Assembly (NCBI RefSeq): GCF_963921235.1
Contig: NC_086097.1
Span: forward strand, 29,018,001-29,082,000
Length of the DNA stretch: 64,000 nucleotides
Direction: 5' to 3'
DNA from: Mobula hypostoma
Lineage: Eukaryota
The position numbers and the translations under genes were made by a program. The notes under the pieces are model-generated. The model worked only from the letters and a program-made list of their open reading frames with translations, searched no databases and was not told the origin of the DNA. Of this stretch, positions 59,046 through 64,000 are shown piece by piece. The number at the start of each line of letters is the position of its first letter. The stretch's first letter is position 1.

Positions 59046-62000
59046 TGTGAGTGAAGTCATCCATGCTGGCATGGATAGGAAAGGTTCAGAAGGATGCAAG
59101 TCAAACATGGGTAAATGGGACTAAATTAGACAATTTGGTCGTGCTGTATGACTCATTGACATACTCTTGTTACCTTTAGGGATTGGGAGTGGGGTTGTGG
59201 TATAGACTCCAAGTTTTGTTTGTTTGTGAACCTCCTTTATTATGCAGTCAGTCCCATGTGCATCACCTTCTCTGGATTAAATTTGATTTGTTTAATCTTC
59301 CATACCTTTCTGCAGTTTAAAGGAGTACCAGAGGGGATAAATATCTGTACCAAAAGTGAATGTATTTATCTGTTCTAAAACCAAAATTAATCTTTCAGAT
59401 TAAGTTGTGGTTGGGCACTGAACAGTAATTGTGGGGCCTACTGGCACCCTGTGGCTCCACGTAGTATTGCATTGTTACTTTTCCCAAAGAGATTTAGAGA
59501 TTAAAGATAATCTTTAGTAGTCACGTGTACATTGAAACATACAGTAATGTGTCATTTGCGTCAACGACAAACACCTTCGGAGGATGTGCTGGAATCAAAT
59601 TTAGCGCGACTTTGTTACGTGCCTTTAATCTTGACCCACGGGCCTGCATACCTGCAGTATCATTCATTTTGATCGTGTCCATCGGTGATTATTCTGATTT
59701 AACTCCGACCTCTGGATTCCCTAAAAATAATTTAAAATAATGCCGACTGACTCCAGTGTTATTCATATCCACAGTCAGGGGAGCACAGTAGTGTAAGGTT
59801 CCAGTGACCCAGAATCCATTCCCGCTGATGTCTATAAGGTTCTCCCCGTGACCGCGTGGGTTTCCTCCCATATTCCAAAGATGTGCAAATTAGGGTTGGT
59901 GAATATGTTGGCGCCTGAAGTGCGGTGACACATGCAGACTGTGTTGAACAACACGTTTCACCGTGTGTTTCAATGTACACGTGACTAATAAAGCTAATCT
60001 CTAAATTTATATTTAAAAAGAAAAATTTCTGGTTTCTGCTTTGTGGGAAAAGCGATCATTGGTTATTTGAGCTTCAATTCTATTACCTATTATTCAGAGT
60101 TCCCTCACCAGGGGAAACTTCTCTTACCTGTTTAACAGATTTATCACTTCTACTTGTATCCGCCAGCCTTTGTGGGAAAGAGTCCTTCTGGAATGAATAA
60201 AACCAGGGCGCATTTGCTGATAAAGTACACATCTCAGGAGGAGTTTTAGCCAGAGTGGGCAAACCGCTGCCATCTGTGGTAGAGAGCACGGACATAAGGG
60301 CGAGAGTAAAAATGTCTCTTTATTTGTCGCATGTGCATCGAAGTATACAGAGAAATGCGGCGTTTGCGTCAACGACCAAAAACAGGCGGAAGGTGTGCTG
60401 GGAACAACCTGCAAAAGTCACCATGCCAGCATTAGCATACCTACAACTCCTATCCTAACCCATACGTCTTCCGAATGTGGGAGAAAATCGGAGCACCCGG
60501 AGGAAACACATGCAGTCACAAGGAGAACATACAAACTGGTTGCACATAGCGGCAGGAATTGAACCCCGATTGCTGGCACGGTAAAGCGTTACACCAACGA
60601 CTACACTACTGTGACGCACCCTAGCAGTGGGCCACTCAGCCCCTCTAGCCTGTCCGGCTATTCAGTCTAGGTCATGGCAACCTCTATGGCCTTCCATTTG
60701 AGGCAAATAATGTTGATGCATTACGTCGGAACCAGGTATAACGAAATCTAGAGGTCTTATCCAAGGATCAAGCACAGCTGGAGACTTTAAACAGTTTAAG
60801 AGAGACGAAGGAAGCGGCAGCCAGCAGGCAACTATTGTGTTGTTGAAACTCATTCACAGGTATGTCAGGAGAGGAAATGGCTCCCCTGCCTGTTACGCTC
60901 ACTCCAGCCCAGTACCGTGGCTGACCCTCAGCTCCCCTCCGCAGTGGCTGGAGATGGCCTCTGGAGACGTGGGAGATGGTGGATGCTGGAATCAACTCAC
61001 AGGCGGCATCCACGGAGGGACTGAACAGAAGCTTTTGGCCGCCACCCTTCATCTGACTGGGACATCTTGTCCCATTCTCTTAAGGCCATGGGGGTGTGGT
61101 CCAACTCCGACCTTGAGAATGAAAGCAAAAGCGCTAGGGAACCTGGAAGGATTAAATGAAGGGAGGACAGCGGACTGTTCTGGTCACCGCGCAATTAGGA
61201 AGGATGTGATTAAACTAGGGTGGGTGCAAAAAAAGATTCTCAAACATGGTGCCTGGACTCTAGAGCAGGTGGTGAAATTATATGGGCTGGTGGGGTGGGG
61301 GGGTGTTATACAGGGTGCATGGAATGTGCCGATGCTGGTAGAGGTAGATAGAAACATTTAAGAGACGCTTAAATAGGCGCACGAATGCTTGAACAAATGT
61401 AGAAGGGAACGGTTAGATTGGAGTAGGTTAAACCGCTGAAGGGCCTGGACTATGCTGTTAAATTCTCCGTTACGAGGAGAGGCTTTTCCCTGGAGCGAAG
61501 GAGGCCGAGAGGTGACCTTAAAGAAGTTATTAAAATCACTAGGGCAGAGATACGGTGAATGGTCACAGTCTGAAACTGGAAGGTGAAAGGGAAAATATTT
61601 AAAAGGAGCCTAAGGGCAGGCAGGTTTTTTCCACCTGGAGAGTGATGGGTATATGGAACGAGCTGCCGAGTAAGTGGTTAAGGCACGTACGTTAACGGTT
61701 AAAATGTACAGGTACTTGGATAGGTAACGTGGAAGGGAAAGATTTAAAGATTAGCTTGATTTGTCACATGTACACCGAAGCATCCAGTGGAATGCGTCAA
61801 ATCAAATCAGCGAAGATTGTGCTGGGCAGGTCGCTTCCGGAGCCAACATAATGTGCCCACATCTTCGCACCCCTAACCCGTGCATCTTTGGAACGTGGGA
61901 GGAAACCCGCACAGTTTCAGGGAGAACATACAGGCTCCTTACAGCAGCGGCAGGATTCAGACTCCCGATCTTACAGCTGGCTGCGTAAAGCGATGCGCCG

Positions 62001-62279
62001 TCCCAGAGGGATTGGGGCCACAAGCCGGCAAACTCAGGTGCTTTACACACCCTGGTCAGCGTGGACGAGTCGGACTGAATCTAAGTTGGTGGAGGAGCCC
62101 AGTGGGGCTCATAAATACGGAGTAGAGTAGTTGGCCTGACTTGGCCACGCCACCCAAGGTGCCTCCCTAGACTTGTCCCCTTTGCTTGCATTTGGCCCAC
62201 GTCCTTATAAACTTCGCCTGTCCGTTTACCTGCCACATGTCTTGTCAACATTACAACTGTCCTCGCTTCCCTGCGGATC

Positions 62280-62540
62280 GTCACCTTGTCGTGATGGAAA
62301 GGCTTGAGGGTTCCTGAGATCCCGACAGCTACGCCGTCTGGAGTTTAACACCTGATGGGGTCAGCGGTAAGGTTAAAGGGCAGGCCCCAGACAAAGTTCG
62401 GTGGTGGAGCTGGCCGAAGCTAAAGACCCAGCAACAGCGGCAATGACGGCAGAGGAAAGCTGCAGCGGGGGAGGGTCGCCAGTCGTCCTGCGTTCCAGGC
62501 CACTGGACCCTGATCACCGGCTGTCAAGGACCGTGTTATC
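62280..62540 (+). mobile_element. RTE-type 5' UTR-like fragment
   Basis: CACCTTGTCGTGATGGAAAGGCTTG resembles the conserved RTE leader. Confidence 0.45.
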
Positions 62541-62652
62541 ATGTTAAAGTCACGCACAAACGTTTTCCATTAACATCCTGGATTAAGTATAAACGGGTTC
62601 CTAATCGGCCTTTACAGCCACCTGAATATCGTACTCAATTAGAGTCATCGTA

Positions 62653-63035
62653 CATAGAAACATAGAAAACCTACAGCACAATACAGGCCCTTCGGCCCAC
62701 AAAGCTGTGCCGAACATGTCCTTACCTTAGAACTACCTAGGCTTACCCATAGCCCTCTATTTTTCTAAGCTCCATTCACCTATCCAGGAGTCTCTTAAAA
62801 GACCCTATAGTATGCCTCCACCACCGCCGCCGGCAGCCCATTCCACACACTCACCACGCTCTGCGTAAAAAACTTCCCCCTGACATCTCCTCTGTACCTA
62901 CTTCCTTAAAACCATGCCCTCGCGTGTCTGCCATTTCAGCCCTGAGAAAAAGCCTCTGACTATCCACACGATCAATGCCTCTCATCATCTTGTACACCTC
63001 TATCAGGTCACCTCTCATCCTCCGCCGCTCCAAAG
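62653..63035 (-). mobile_element. Young CR1 3' end
   Basis: MERRRMRGDLIEVYKMMRGIDRVDSQRLF; tail ACATAGAAACATAGAAA; highly similar to 39030-39416. Confidence 0.85.
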
Positions 63036-64000
63036 ACTAATTGTTCCCTCCTCTACTAATTCCTCTCGCAGCTCTACCGTCTACTACCACTCTCTGGCTT
63101 TTCCCACTAAGCCAGTTGACCACAGAACAGTCGCAACGGGCTGAATGGCCCGCTGTGCCCTGGTCATGCTGTTGACAGCAAGTAATCCACTAACCACCAG
63201 CAGGGCTCGCCACAAGAAAAAAATGCCCAGCAATTATGTGTAATTTAGCAGGGGTGAAGGTGATTGCGGTGTTTGTTTTGCGTTGATCCCAGCCGGTGAC
63301 GGTACTGTAAATCTTCGTGTCCGACTGTCTGGGCTTCATAACAAACTGACAGCCCTCTGGGCGGCACTGGCCTTGACGTTGACTTCAAGCCCCAGCTTCC
63401 TCGCTTCAGGCCCCTCGGAGAGTCGACGAGACTCCAGGGTTTCGTCATCTTCCTGACTTGCAAAGTGTTCGTGGGGGTGGGGTGGGGTGAAAGACACGGC
63501 CGGGTTGATTAGATTGATGCCGGAAAACTTCTGTCAGAGCGCTGTACAAATACAGAAAGGTTCGCCTTCAATTACTCACTTCTCCATGGCAGATTAAAGT
63601 TGTAAACAGCCGCCGAGGGAGGGGGTTGATGGTGGGTGCCGGGGGGAGGGCCAGAGGGAGACCAGGGAAGGGAGAGAAATCAGAATTAGGTTGATTATCG
63701 CCAAGGTATGTCATGAAATCCGTTGTTTTGCGGCAGCAATGCAGTGCCACACATAACAATCACTATCACACAGTCATAGAGTCAAAGAGCACTATAGCGC
63801 AGAAAGCGGCCCTTCGGTCCGTCTAGTCCACGCGGAACTACAGTATTATTCTACCTAGTGACGTTGACTCTCCGTATCCCTCCCATCCCAACTGGAAGTA
63901 CTTATCCAAACTTGTCTAAAATGTTGCAGTCGAATCCGTATCCACCACTTCCACCGGCAGCTGGTTCCACACTTGTTGCATCCTCTGAGTGAACAAGTTT

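Noticed and set aside
60040..60290. Possible conserved non-coding enhancer downstream of ANGEL1
   Set aside because: Looks non-repetitive, but conservation cannot be judged without alignments.
62270..62420. HDV-like ribozyme at an RTE 5' end
   Set aside because: Plausible from family knowledge, but I could not identify the nested double-pseudoknot pairings by eye.
63245..63463. CpG-rich non-repeat stretch with short ORFs; possible exon of a neighbouring gene such as VASH1
   Set aside because: The frames I translated on both strands resembled no protein I recognise, and splice sites are unconvincing; needs BLASTx or RNA-seq.

Overview
Eukaryotic (vertebrate) genomic DNA. The repeat landscape (abundant CR1, tRNA-derived SINEs, Penelope-like elements, L1, RTE, hAT) suggests a cartilaginous fish, probably a ray; this is inference only. 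The window holds one complete + strand protein-coding gene, ANGEL1 (CCR4/EEP-family phosphatase). I reconstructed it by hand as 10 GT-AG coding exons (210-273, 6107-6766, 9376-9593, 22237-22306, 28306-28748, 29328-29454, 35505-35615, 40836-40905, 42529-42692, 51416-51573; 2085 nt, 694 aa). Splice phases are consistent, and the EEP catalytic motifs and eIF4E-binding motif are intact. A probable ~3.3 kb 3' UTR ends near 54860. Introns and flanks are dominated by transposable elements. Main highlights: (i) an intact minimal type I hammerhead ribozyme of the Penelope-associated class on the sense strand of intron 1, part of a young family of very short insertions that also makes a 79-bp hairpin in the 3' UTR; (ii) the sequence flanking exon 7 (the eIF4E-binding exon) recurs twice elsewhere in the gene with the exon missing at the same junction; (iii) a full-length L1, a multiply nested hAT/L1 stack, and a BovB-like RTE with a twin-priming type 5' inversion. 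Boundaries of old repeats are approximate and no database searches were run.
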